Shown: one piece after another, positions 1 through 13,428 of the stretch
Layout of the letters: every line of letters starts with the position of its first letter
Position numbering within the stretch: the first letter of the stretch is position 1
Assembly (NCBI GenBank): GCA_012295275.1
Contig: CM022673.1
Location: 7,750,001-7,814,000, forward strand
Length of the DNA stretch: 64,000 nt
Source of the DNA: Chrysomallon squamiferum
Lineage: Eukaryota > Animalia > Mollusca
Direction of reading: 5' to 3'
Translations under genes and position numbers: made by a program
Notes under the pieces: model-generated
Seen by the model: only the letters and a program-made list of their open reading frames with translations
Databases searched by the model: none
What the model was told of the DNA's origin: nothing

Positions 1-668
1 CACACACACACACACACACACACACGCACTGTATTATTAAAATAAAATAAAAAATAAAAGATAGAAGAAAATATTAAATAAATAATGGTGCGCCGAACCA
101 ATGGAGGAAAAACTTTTTATCGAATGTAAATAAACGAACCGCTTTATCACTTCGTCTAGACACGCTTGTCTTGGTACAGCGCATCGATTCCATACCATTT
201 GTATTTCTTATAAAACTATAGCAGTTTAATTTTCCAGTCTAACACTCGTAGGTGATTCTTCAAAATATCGCCTTGTCATTATCAAGATTACAAGTTGTTG
301 TTAGTAAATCCATCCCTAAGTAATGTGATCTGCATGTGTATGTATATAACCTTTTTTTTAAATATTTATAATATTTTTGAATTTGATTCATGATTGTTTT
401 TTTTTTTTTTTTTGCCCAGTTATTCTGAAGTGCTTTAATCTGTACCAGAAAAGGCAACTAAATCTAAATGTCAGTGAAAATAAATTAACAATTCATTCAA
501 CAAACTGAATTATGTACTAGTAGTAATTAAACGCAGATTCTTTGACTGCGAAATCTATATCCTTTCTTTGTTTTTTCATATAGAGAGAAAGAAAAATACT
601 TATCAACCTCAGAATATCTGGTTACTTGATGGTTTGAGTAATTGTAATTTAAGATCACTCTAAAAATT

Positions 669-745
<77 letters not shown>

Positions 746-2176
746 AAACATGTAACTAATTATGAGCTGATTAAATGTTAAGGTATCATTGTGTGGTAAA
801 TCCAATTGTCCACAATGGCATGTTTGGGAAAGGGAAAAATTTCAGAAATTGTTAAAAACGGAACTGAACATTTATTGTCGTTATGTTTTTATACTGATGA
901 CAGGGATAAAAAGGACTAACGAATGAGATATCAAATTTACAAATTTAGACGATTAGAATAGATAAATATACCACATTAATCACATAAAATTATATTTTTT
1001 ATGAAGCAGGCTTAGTCACCAAACAAGTTAAACATGAACCTATCCAGACTCTTACACGTCAGCGTATAAATAAACAAGTAAAAGGAAATCCTCTATATAC
1101 TCATACTGGTGTTTCCCCTTCTGATATGCAAACATAATTATCACGAAAGGTTTATCGTAACCTAAGGTTGGTAACACTGGTATGGTAGGAGTGATAAGAA
1201 TTAAAACCAAACCATTTTCAATATGAATCGTGTTGGTAAGTAAATTATTTCTCTTTAAGCCATAATTCTTTATGATATGTGCACAGTATATGTCACATTA
1301 TAAAATAAACGCCAAGATAACCCACATTGATCATAATATTTTAAAACTGAACAAACAGTTGCAATTCGAAAACCTCCCCAAAGCCACTCTACTGGGAAAC
1401 CTTGTATAAATAAGCTAATTTATTGTTGTTAATTATTGATTCAGGATGTAGTTTCTTGAATTAAACGTTATGGTATACTATACGTAAAATAATTGTATTA
1501 TTAATAATAATAATAATAATAATAACTGAATAATTTCCTTAAGTCCGTTCAGTGTATAAAATGTTCAGACTTGCAACTGTTGTCATTGTTCGTGATTTAT
1601 CGATAAGTTATTTCCTCTGAGGGTTCAGCGAGTCTCGTTTGTCACTGATAATTTTAGGTCATAACAATAAACGAACATTCTTCACACGGCGCATAGGAAT
1701 CCCGTGGAAATTAAAGTGTTTTTATATATATACACGTTTTGAACGTACGTATTACACATAGTAAGTTACGTTAAAAAAAAAATATATATATTCATTTACC
1801 ACAATTTCTTATAACATAAAATACATTTACTGTGGATATATAAATTATCTGTTGTTGTTAAACGAGACTACTTATTTCTGGTTTGTTTTATTTTATCTGG
1901 TCATTTATTTATTTACTTATTTATTGCTTATTTATTTATTTATTTATTTAATAATTTATTTATTTTTGTATTGTTCCTGTTTTTTTTGTTTTTGTTTTTT
2001 TCTGGTTGTTGTTGTTATTATTATTATTATTATTTTCAGATTCGTTTACAAACATAAGCTTAAATGACAGTGATGGAATGCGAGTAGAATTAATAAGTCT
2101 TTATGTAGTTAAACAAGATAACTGCCTTAACATAGGTGTCAAGGAAAACCAATAAAACTGGACCATAACAAGGACC

Positions 2177-2421
2177 ATGTCGAAAAAACAAGAAGATAAG
2201 AATTACATCAATTTGCTTAATACGGATGATGTGGGTTACTTAAATGTAAATGATGTATTAAATGAAGCAAACGAAGAGGATTACGTAAATTCTGCGGTTT
2301 TTAAGTTGAAAAACAGTGCTTCTAAATCGGAAGAAAATGACACGGGAGATTATCTGCATCCTGTAATGACGTCAGAGTCAGACTATGTTGAAATAATTGA
2401 ACAACCTTATGTCCAAACACG
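2177..2421 (+). CDS. PTB adaptor gene 1, coding exon 1 of 3 (join 2177-2421, 2615-2688, 3172-3455; 200 aa): acidic tyrosine-motif N-terminus with ITAM-like motif
   Basis: ACCATG start with an in-frame stop shortly upstream. Acceptor TTTTCAG at 2039 opens the 5'UTR part of the exon. Donor CG|GTTAGT at 2421/2422 (phase 2) joins in frame to the next exon. Peptide carries YINL, YLNV, YVNS, YLHP, YVEI and YVQT motifs. Confidence 0.8.
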
Positions 2422-2442
2422 GTTAGTAAAATAGTGAGAGAG

Positions 2443-2485
<43 letters not shown>

Positions 2486-2614
2486 CATTATGGATATTTA
2501 TATATTACTCTATTACAGAGTTACAACAGAAATTACAAACATCTCATTATATTTTTATTTTTATTCAGTTTTGGGTTGTTGTTTTTTTTTATTTTATTTT
2601 TATGTTTATCTTAG

Positions 2615-2688
2615 GAAACATCCAGAGATGAGAAAAACAAAGACTGAAGAGGATCCTGACTATATAAATATTAGGGAAGGTTTAGCAG
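2615..2688 (+). CDS. PTB adaptor gene 1, coding exon 2 (RKHPEMRKTKTEEDPDYINIREGLA)
   Basis: Pyrimidine-rich tract plus TTAG acceptor at 2614; donor CAG|GTAC at 2688/2689. Phase 2 in and phase 1 out link exons 1 and 3 with no frameshift. Adds another D-Y-x-N motif. Confidence 0.8.
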
Positions 2689-2800
2689 GTACTATACATA
2701 TTCACTGTATTATGTCACTATTTCACACCATCTCATTTATTTTTTGATTTTCATCTACTGGTTGAGTCTGGGTTAGAACCTTAATACTAGCTTAAAACAT

Positions 2801-2852
<52 letters not shown>

Positions 2853-3171
2853 CATGTGTGTGTGTATGTGTGATTTTGTGTGCATTTTGTTTAAAATAAG
2901 ATTTTTGAAGATATGTAATAGTTATTATGTTTTTTTTTAAAAAAAAAAAACTACTACTACTACTACTACTACTAATAATAATAATAATAATAATTATTAT
3001 TATTATTATTATTATTATTATTGTTGTTGTTTTGTTGTTATTGTTGTTGTTGATAATGTAGGTTTTGTTTATTTATCTAGTTCTTACTTGAGTACATAGC
3101 TACTTACTCCCGTGTACATACTAACTTACTTACTTACTTATTGTGTATATATATATATATATATATTGCAG

Positions 3172-3455
3172 AACAAATATTTCATGTTTTTGTAAAACCT
3201 TTCAACTGCTTGAAGACTCCGCCATCGTTTGGTCACTGCACACTGGCGGTTAGTGACACAGACATTCAGCTCAGATCGACAGATAACCAAACCGTTTTTC
3301 TTACGTGGCCTATTAAATTCATCCGACGTTATGGCTGGAGCAAAACATCATTCTACATCGAGGCAGGACGATTCTGCGAGTCAGGCCCAGGACTCATTGC
3401 GTTTGTTACGGACCAGGGGAGAGAAATCTGTGACGTCTTAAAACAACAATTATGA
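3172..3455 (+). CDS. PTB adaptor gene 1, terminal exon: IRS/Dok/FRS2-type PTB domain
   Basis: TTGCAG acceptor at 3171. WPIKFIRRYG and FYIEAGRFCESGPGLIAFVTDQG match the IRS-type PTB signature (WPxxxLRRYG...F.FEAGRRC..G.G.F.F.T..G). Stop TGA ends at 3455. Confidence 0.9.
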
Positions 3456-3652
3456 CACGCGTTTAACTATTGCCGATTAATGATGCATGATGCATACCAC
3501 CACGGTATACGAAAGTTATCATTAACTTTTTAACATTGTCGCTAAATCCAGTGTTTTGGATGATTAAACGTTTTAAAATTGTCACTTAGTATGACACATG
3601 CATCATTTATTTTCTAATGTTCTCCTTAAGTATACAGGGTTAAAATGTTTAA

Positions 3653-3723
<71 letters not shown>

Positions 3724-5738
3724 GATTTTATTTTGACTGTTATGCTGTAACATAGCTTAACCATAGGCTACCAGTCACAAAGTTGTGCCAAGCTGAAGGA
3801 GTTCCATGATGATATGTACCCGTTTTGACATTACACCACAGATTCACTTTTAAACCTTTTCATTTCTTGAAATTCAGATTTAGGTTTAGCTCTTATTACA
3901 CGGTCGATTCTATAAGAATCGAGTGAAAGTATGTAAAGATATTATAAAATTACTGTTTAAAGCACAAAATTACAGGATCATTCAACATTAATTGCATGAA
4001 TTATAATATAAAATCAGTAATATAATATACATAAAATTAAAAATTAAAAAAAAAAAAATGTAATTAATTTACGCTATTAGTAATTGTCATTAGGAATTAA
4101 ATTTTCTGTTGCTGTCTTAGTTTCATTGGAAAAACGATTTGCTACAGTTTACTATTTTAGCAAGAAATAAAGCTTGTATCTGACTGAAATGCGTGCTTGA
4201 CCCACCAGAGGGTGTACTTACGTGTCAGATGGCTGATTTATTTACAGATTTAGATTTATCCAAAATAAATTATGTTTCACATCTGTAGTAGTAGTTTCAA
4301 TTCTAAACTGAAAAATTCACAGTCAGAAACCTAAAAAAAACCCGAATAAATAATAATAATAATAAAAGATGCCTGAATATATTCTTTTGTTAGCTTATTA
4401 TTTTTGTTATTAATATGTGTGTGTGGGTGTGTCTGTGTGTGAGAATTACACCATCTCACAAACCCCTTCGTTTGCCAATCACCACCACCTGTCACAAGTC
4501 ACTGACGCGACTCGAACGTATGACATCCATTCGCCGGCGGATGACGTTACCGTTCTTTAATCAAGACACCCTCAGCAACTTGGTTTATAATCTTTATTAT
4601 TAATATGTATGTGTGTCTTTCATGTATGTATTTATGCAGATATGAATGTGTAACTAAGCCGCATTAAGATGTAAATGAGAAGGTAATGTTAGCCACCATT
4701 GGAGAACAAAACCCTCTTTGTTACGTCCAGGTTATTTGGATTTGTTGACAATACCTGGCATTGAGCTGTTTTCCTCGTTTGTACACTGTCGTAAAGGAAA
4801 ATATGTGTTTCTTTCTGCCCTGAATTCTCGATTCAAGTTACACGGTATTTCAGTAAGAGCTTTTCTCTATTGTTTAAACTTTGCTTAACCCGGGTAATGT
4901 ATTTAAATTTATATTTAAACAAAACAAAAGAACAAACAAACCAAACAAATCAGAATAAAACAAAAGAAATAGCACATATACAGATATTCACATACATACA
5001 TATACACATATACACATATTCACATAGACTACACACATTCACATAAACACCGACGTAAAATTCTAAAACTGCAAGTGGTTTCAAACAATAACGACAATAC
5101 AGGTTTGAAATAACATTAATATCTACAGAAGAAAAACATGCAGCTGAATAAAAGGTAATAACATAATACGGATAGTAGAATACAACAGAAAAACACCAAA
5201 GAGTCGAATCCTGAATGGCCTGACTACAGATTTAAATAAATTTAAAAAAAATAAAATTATTATTTAAATCAAATGCTTTAGTGGAAAATGAAAAATGAAG
5301 GAAAAGAGCGGTTTAAAAGGAAATAATAATGCCCAGATAAAACGTTATAAAATAGTATGTATGTATGTATGTATGTATGTATGTATGTATGTATGTATGT
5401 ATGTATGTATGTATGTATGTATGTATGTATGTATGTATGTATGTGTGTGTATATATGTATGTATTATGTATGTATGTATGTATGTACGTTATGTATGTAT
5501 ATTTTGTCCTTTGTGATGTATTGTAAACTAGCAAATAAGCGTTCAGTATTGAAATAATCACTTATATAATAAATAAACACTTCTTGAATTCAGTATTTTT
5601 GTACTCCAACCATGTGAGCACATGGGTCATACTATATAATAATAATTAAGACAATGTTAACTTTAATGGTATGTCTTAAATAAATACTTTTGTATTATTA
5701 TTATTATCATCATCACATCATCATCAGCATCATCATCA

Positions 5739-5772
<34 letters not shown>

Positions 5773-5791
5773 CATCATCATCATCGTCATC

Positions 5792-5823
<32 letters not shown>

Positions 5824-7665
5824 TATTATTATTATTATTATCATATTATTATTATTATTATTGCTGTTGTTGTTGTTGTTGTTTCATTGTTTATTTTTCA
5901 AACGACCATTCTTTGGTAAATATACACATGAATAATAAAAACAAAAATTAACAAAAATTAAATATGCTTTGTTGACATCATCTCTGCCCACTGACGTCAT
6001 TTCGTACAAGAAAGGCAGAGAAAATGGTAGTCACGCATGTTTGTTTACTGTCAAAATAATATAATATTAAATAACTGAACATACTATTACAACTTTTGTT
6101 ACTACTAAACTAATAATAATAACAGTAACAATAATAATAATAATAATAACAACAACAACAATAATTTAGTAATACACTAAAGCAACGTCATGTGAAACTG
6201 TCGGGATCTTTTCTGCATCTCTATATACGAAATGATGTCATCATTTATAAAAGAAGGGGAAAAAAGTAAAGATAAAGTAGTCTCCTTTACTTGTTATTTT
6301 ATTGTCAAGGCTCCTCGGTAGAAATAAATATATTACAATTATGTTTAGCAATTTTTACGTATTGTCACCTAACTTACATTTTAATTTCTAAACCACATAC
6401 TTACTATGTTTCAAACTATCCTATCAGGAAACATATATTTCACTATAAATGGCCTTGTCGAACGCACAGTTTGACCGAGTGAAACAACTAGGAAGTTTAT
6501 TTTACCTAAAAAAAAAAAGTAGATATGCACACGTGACCCACTCGCTGTAAAGTTACATGCCGATATATGTTACCCGTAAGATTTATATTCAGAACTAGGT
6601 TAACACAAAGCGGACGAAATTTTGTTAAAAACTGGCGAATACGTGAGTACGTAATTTACAGATACATTAAATAATGAAGTAGCAAAAATTGGTCTAAAGT
6701 ACATTTCGATAATAGCGTTGTTACTGGAGGGTATACGAACGACTCTGAAAGTTGGGGAAGCGGGCGCGGTGTAATGGGTGCATTCAGTGAATACGGAGTG
6801 GGTTGTAGGCAGCTCAGAGTTGATACGAGACGAGATGAGATTTAGAATCAGTCGTATAAATATGTTTATTTAATTTTTCAAACAGCTTCCCGTGACTGGT
6901 TTTTGTCAAAGTCCAACACACATGCACTCGATATGATTTTTACACACACACACACACACACTCACACAAACACATATACACACACATACACACACATACA
7001 TACATACATAAATACACATACATACACAAACATACAAACATACGCACAGTCTGAGAATCATTCATCCGGAATGCTTGAAATTAGATGTCTTGGATTCTGG
7101 AATACAAAGAGAAAGCATAAGTATCGGGTCTAAATATAAATTCGAATTCCATATATATTTCATATACAGCTTATACAAATAGTCTGCAGGGTTTATTATA
7201 TAACTGTGAGCAGAAAACATAGTTTGTGTATACATAACAGTCCGAAAACTATTAAGATCTAACTATTAATACTACTCGGAAAAAGTTTCGGATTTCCGAA
7301 TCAAAGGATATAGGATCCTCAGACGGAAATACTAACCACTAAAATGAAACTCAAAAAAAGGGAGGCAGTGGGGTTTTTTTCATATAAGATCTCGAATTTA
7401 ATATTCTTTATTTTTTGAGATTATATGTGTATTTGAATGCATGTATATGAGTGAGATGCATATAATTTATATCTGTGTGTATTATATGAGGGTTTGTATA
7501 TGTTTGTGCCAATATGTGTGTGGGTGTGTGTATATGTGTGTGTGTGTGTTGATGGGTTTGTTATGTGGTATCACTCTAATATATAATGAAAAGAGAAGTA
7601 ATATATAATCTTTTTCTTCTTCTTTTTCTTCTTATCATCCTGTTCATCATCACCATCCTCTTTAC

Positions 7666-7724
<59 letters not shown>

Positions 7725-7926
7725 TATTATTATTATTATTATTACCATTATTATTATTATTACCATTATTATTATTATTATTATTATTAGCTTAAAAAGA
7801 AAGACATTCACAATAAGGATTTTCGGAATCTACAGAAACTTAGATACTGAAGAATAAACACACCATTTAACCAAATTTCTGGGACGAATACCGCTGGAAT
7901 GGCTAGTAACATTTAATATAAAAACA

Positions 7927-8008
7927 ATGACCGAGACTGAAATAAATTACGACAACATCGACGATGAAGACAACAGATTGTACACGAATTTGACCGACAG
8001 TTTAGAAG
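7927..8008 (+). CDS. PTB adaptor gene 2, coding exon 1 of 2 (join 7927-8008, 8543-8868; 135 aa): MTETEINYDNIDDEDNRLYTNLTDSLE, ITAM consensus
   Basis: Below the ORF-track length cut-off and read by hand. AAAACAATG start context, in-frame TAA upstream at 7855, acceptor at 7790 for the UTR part, and donor AAG|GTATGT at 8008/8009 in phase 1. The end (AGTTTAGAAG|GT) resembles gene 1 exon 2 (GGTTTAGCAG|GT). Confidence 0.8.
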
Positions 8009-8542
8009 GTATGTGTAATTTATATTCCTGTTACACAGTCTTTGCTAACAACAAAACATAACAATGCAGTTTGCCATTATCATTTCCCCCCACTTTACAT
8101 CCATATACATATACATATACATATATATATAGATAGACAGATATATAGCTATATATATACGTGAACATAGAAACACACACACACACACACACACACATAC
8201 ATACATACATGCTTTCATGAAAAAAGAGCTTTGTCATATAAAACCCCCAGAAAAAGATAAGATTACACAAGTAACAACGGATAACAGGTACATAAAGAAA
8301 ACTCTGCTGTACAGTAAATAGCCTAATCATGATCTGACTAATAGCCCGTCACGTTACTTCTAACCCACAGAAATACATGTCACCGTACACTGCTAGAAAA
8401 CAGAGCTAAAAAAACATAGTCATGTACCCGTATCACACAAGCACCTTGTATTATTATTATTATTTTTATTATTATTATTATTACTATTATTATTATTATT
8501 ATTTTTATTATTATTATTTTTATTTTTTTATTTTTTTTTCAG

Positions 8543-8868
8543 AAAAAGTTTTTGATGTCTACACTGAACCATTTGAATGCAAAAAGACACCGCCATCGTT
8601 TGGCAAGTGTTTGTTGGCGATAAACGACGACTGCCTGGAACTTCGGTCAAAGGACAGTTCAGAAACTTTTCTAAAATGGCCGATAGTGTACATCCGTCGC
8701 TTTGGTTACAGCGAGCGGGGACTCCATCTCGAGGCTGGGCGTCGCTGCGAATCCGGAGAAGGTCAATTTATTTTCTTAACTGCAGAAGGAAATCGACTGA
8801 ACGAAGAACTGAAGTTACGAATATGCAGAAAGAAAGCGTTCATTACATCTTCGAATTTTTCTAAGTGA
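8543..8868 (+). CDS. PTB adaptor gene 2, terminal exon: IRS/Dok/FRS2-type PTB domain
   Basis: Poly-T plus CAG acceptor at 8542. WPIVYIRRFG and LEAGRRCESGEGQFIFLTAEG signature. About 45 of 94 positions identical to the gene 1 PTB by ungapped hand alignment, including KTPPSFG. Same intron position and phase as gene 1. Confidence 0.9.
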
Positions 8869-11037
8869 GGGGAAAGTATTTAGTGTGTGTGATTCGGTGC
8901 AGTACGCTCGGTTTAATTGTATTCTTGGTGATTTTTTGGAAGATGCGGATCGAGGTTCGTCTCGAAAACAGAGTCAACTTGCTTACAAAAGACGTATTAA
9001 TATAACATGAAGTTGTTAGTTTGACATTCAGTATAACTCTTTGATATACTAACAGTTGAACATATTTTTGGTTTTTTGATTTAGTGTTTAATCTAAAGTT
9101 CTTTCTTATTTTATTTTTTATTTTTTATTTTTTGCGCATTCGTGAAAAATGTCATCTGTCGGTTTATAAACATCAGTAAGAGAGAGAGAGAGAGACAGAG
9201 AGATTAACAGCATTTATATATGATTGTGTTCATGATAATATTATGTATTGGTAAAACTTAATTTCATGATGTTTTATTTTTTGTCGTTTTTCTCTTCTTT
9301 TTTTTTTTTTAATTTTAAAATTTTTTTATGAGTGATTTTTTTTTTTTTTTTTTTAAATATGTTTGTTTTAATATATTTTAAATAACTAAATTGTGATATT
9401 TGTACATTAATTTTCTTTAATATTTTTATCATTTGCTACTTTATTTTATTTTATGGTATGTTATTTTATTTTCTATTTATTTATCGCTTTATTTTAAATG
9501 ATACAAATTCATTTATTCATTTAAACTATAAAGACTAAACTATAATTCTAACGTTAAATATTTTTCCATTAACAAATACTTTTTAGTTTTAGTTTTTCAG
9601 TATAGTATGAAAGAGAATAACAGAGAAATATAGAAATATATAATTAAAGATTTGTGATGATTGTTTTTTATAAATCTATAAAGACTGAGTCTCGGTAAAC
9701 AGAAATTGAAAATTAAATAAACCTGTTTTAGTTTTGCTTCAGCTAAAATGACTGCAATGAGCTGAAGATAACTGTTTTTTAATGCATAACTTTCATATCC
9801 ATTCTTCCACCAAACATATACTCACATCCTAACTATAATTATTAGTTATAAGCAATACATTCAGTCAACGTGTACAAACATGATACATTGACTGAATATA
9901 TGTGTATATATCTACATATGTATGTATTTCTGTATGTACATATGTATATGTGAATGTGTGTGTATATATATGTATGCACGTATATATGAATGTACATATA
10001 TATGAATGGATGCATATATGTATATATGTGTCTGTATGTGTGTATAAATATAAAATGAGTTCGTTAATTCAATGGTTTTATTTTATTTAAATAGTTATTA
10101 GAAGATTTCTAAAGGTTTTAATTGTTCTGAAATCTGCGACAACTTCATAAACTCTTTTGTCTACGTAAAAAAAAAAAGACCTCTTTATTATATGCAATGC
10201 CTATAACTAGACGTATGTAAATGATTTCTCTGTGTGTAATCTTTTTGTGGCCCAGTGACTGTATTAATATATGTGACAGTTTTACTAAATGTCTTGGAGA
10301 TAAAGATAACGCATTATTCGTTTCTCTCTTACTCTTATCTACTTACAAAATTTATTACTTGAAAACCCTCCTTTCGCGATACTCCACCCAGTTCTTCCAC
10401 GGGAGATAATTATCTGGCGGCAATCAACCAGGCCGGTATTTTCAACGAGGTCACTAGTTTTCGATCTAGGACATACGTGTTTATCAGGACAAGTTATTGA
10501 TTCTGCAACACAGAATTTCACTTAAGTATAACGTGGAAATGACGACTACCGTCATGCACTGACACTCTGTCAACCAGTAATTATCTCGAAACCGAAATAA
10601 CATACATTGGACTTCGTTTTCAGGTGACTTCGACCAACAGCGACGTTTACCGAGTACCAGTTTCGAGCTTTTTCGCCATTTTCCGTCAAAAAAGAATGAA
10701 ATGTCTGTTACTGAATTACAATGTGTAACTGTCGACAGAAATGTTTTCGTGTCATGAATATAGACAGTAAAAATACAGAGCAACAAAAGTTATAGATTAT
10801 ATATTATATACAGACATAAGTTACGGAAAATTATTTTGTTATGATTCAAAGGGTTTTCTTTTTGTCCTTTTTTAAAATTATAATTCTACAAAAACAATGG
10901 CTTTGACAAAATGTGATAGCTTAAGGTTGAATAATTATTAATGGATGACGTTAAAAAAACTCATCTATTTTAATCAAATAACAGAACTTAATTTAATTTG
11001 AAAAATCAATAAAATGTGTGCCTAAAAACGGTGAAAC

Positions 11038-11140
<103 letters not shown>

Positions 11141-11786
11141 CATAGACAAAGATTGAGAAACTACATGGTGAGATAGAAAATAATTTTAAAAAAGAACTGA
11201 AAAAAGAGAAAAAAGAGTTGATGTTTAAGAAGGTAGAAAGATGAACGAATGAACAATATTGAAAAAAGTAAATAAAAGAAACAAATTGAGATTTTCATTT
11301 TATCAAAGTACTTATTACTTCCTTAATTATCGATTAATAAAAAATCTTCAACGCAATTTCTATTACGTAATACGGACTAAATTACTAAAACGTGTATTAC
11401 AGATTTTCACTTAAATGAGAAACTGGTAAAATATTTTCAGCGTCATCTAATCTTGTTTATCTTTCAAACGTGATTTTTATAATTCTTTGATCTTATCATC
11501 AGTCTGGATGTATTCATTTAAAACATCAATATAAAAATATGTATTTGTTGGAGATTAAGCAACAGGAAGTATCTATAATTTGTTAAGGCGTTTAACTCAA
11601 TAGTTTTACTAAACGTAACAAGAACAAAACAAAACGAAAAAAACGAAAATAAAAATAATAGTTATACTAAAGAGATTTGTTTTTCTGATTTTGGAGGCGT
11701 GCAGTTTAATGATATTAATTCTAAAACACTGATATTTATAGTTAAAAAAAGAAGAAGAAAAAGAAGAAGAAAAATCCCAATATTTT

Positions 11787-11826
<40 letters not shown>

Positions 11827-12196
11827 AGATAAAATAGATGAAGAAGCAAAAAAAAAAACGACTCGTTTACAATCGGGTACGGAAATAGGTTTGCATTAAC
11901 AAGAAAAGGCTGAAGGCTAAAAGAAGTCAAACGGATGTGATCTGAAAGTTTTGCGCAGTTTCGTAATTGTTAACAATATATGACAGAGAAGGTAAAGATA
12001 TTTTTACATGATAACGTGGGAGTTGGAGGCAACGAGATCGAAACAGTTCAACGGAGTTTGTCGACATTAACTGTTACACCTGTGTCTATTCAATCGAAGA
12101 ATACGTACTTTTGTTATAAGTAGGACTATATCTGTTTTTTTTTTTTTCCTGTTTTTCCTTTGTTTACTGTACAGAACACACAACTATCCATATAAT

Positions 12197-12273
<77 letters not shown>

Positions 12274-12460
12274 TTACAATGATGACCACATTAAGAACAA
12301 CAACAATAATAGTAATAATAAAAACAGTAACAACAACAACAACAACAATAATAATAATAATCATCATCATCATCGTTATCTTCATCTTCATCATCATAAA
12401 AATCAAATAAAAAATAGTTCATTTTCGGTTAGTTGTTCCTTCATATGCACACGTACATTT

Positions 12461-12578
12461 ATACATACATACGTACATACATACATACATACATACATAC
12501 ATACATACATACATACATACATACATACATACATACATTCATACATACATATATACATACATACATACATACATACAT

Positions 12579-12609
<31 letters not shown>

Positions 12610-12657
12610 GGCATACATACATACATACATACATACATACAGGCATACATACATACA
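12461..12657. repeat. (CATA)n microsatellite; related (GTAT)n tracts at about 5355-5500 and 24370-24490
   Basis: Directly visible; source of the MYVCMYVC and YIHT ORFs. Confidence 0.95.
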
Positions 12658-12868
12658 AACTTTCTAACTTACGAACTCTTTGACATTTGTCGTAATGAAT
12701 ATATGCGCTCAAGTTCACACATTATCCTTCTGGTACTGTAATTACGAGAAATCCAAACTCCATTTGTCCATGCATAATTGCCGACAGCGTGCGAGAAGAG
12801 GATTTCTCAAAATGGTAGACTTGGACAAAATGACTACCAACAATTTCTCGGCAAACCTATAGTTTTAC

Positions 12869-12904
<36 letters not shown>

Positions 12905-13370
12905 CTGAATGGTACTTCCATTTATTTAACTTAAGGTTATATAGTTGGAGGATGCAGACGTGTTTGTTAAAATACAGATAATCATATTTCTCAAAATAAT
13001 ATTTTTAAAGGCAGACTGTAGCTAATAATCAGTGATCATCAGACAGAGTGGTCAAATTACTGTACTGTTTCTTTACTACAGTGTTTATTACAATAAATAA
13101 ATAAATAAATAAATAGATAGATGCAATAAACATCGAAATTAAAAATAAATAAAAATAAAAACTGGAGAATAAAAAAAAAAAAAAAAAAAAACCCAGACAA
13201 ACAAATAAATCAACAGTTAAGGAAATTAAAATAATAATAATAATGATAATTAATAAAAAAAAAAAAATAATAATAATAAACTAGAATAAATAATTACTAT
13301 TTAATAGCAGGATTGCGCCATTTACACCAATGATAACTTAAGGGGACGGCTGAATTGATTAAGTTGTTAC

Positions 13371-13428
<58 letters not shown>

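Noticed and set aside
1083-1703. NF-kB-like sites (GGTGTTTCCCC, GGGAAACCTT, TAGGAATCCC) and a DRE-like TATCGATA (1598-1605) upstream of PTB gene 1
   Set aside because: None of the kB-like sites matches GGGRNNYYCC fully, and short motifs are expected by chance; the transcription start is unknown.
3229-8864. Alternative-frame ORFs overlapping both PTB exons (3229-3441 and 8577-8864)
   Set aside because: Shadow frames of real coding exons with no independent motifs.
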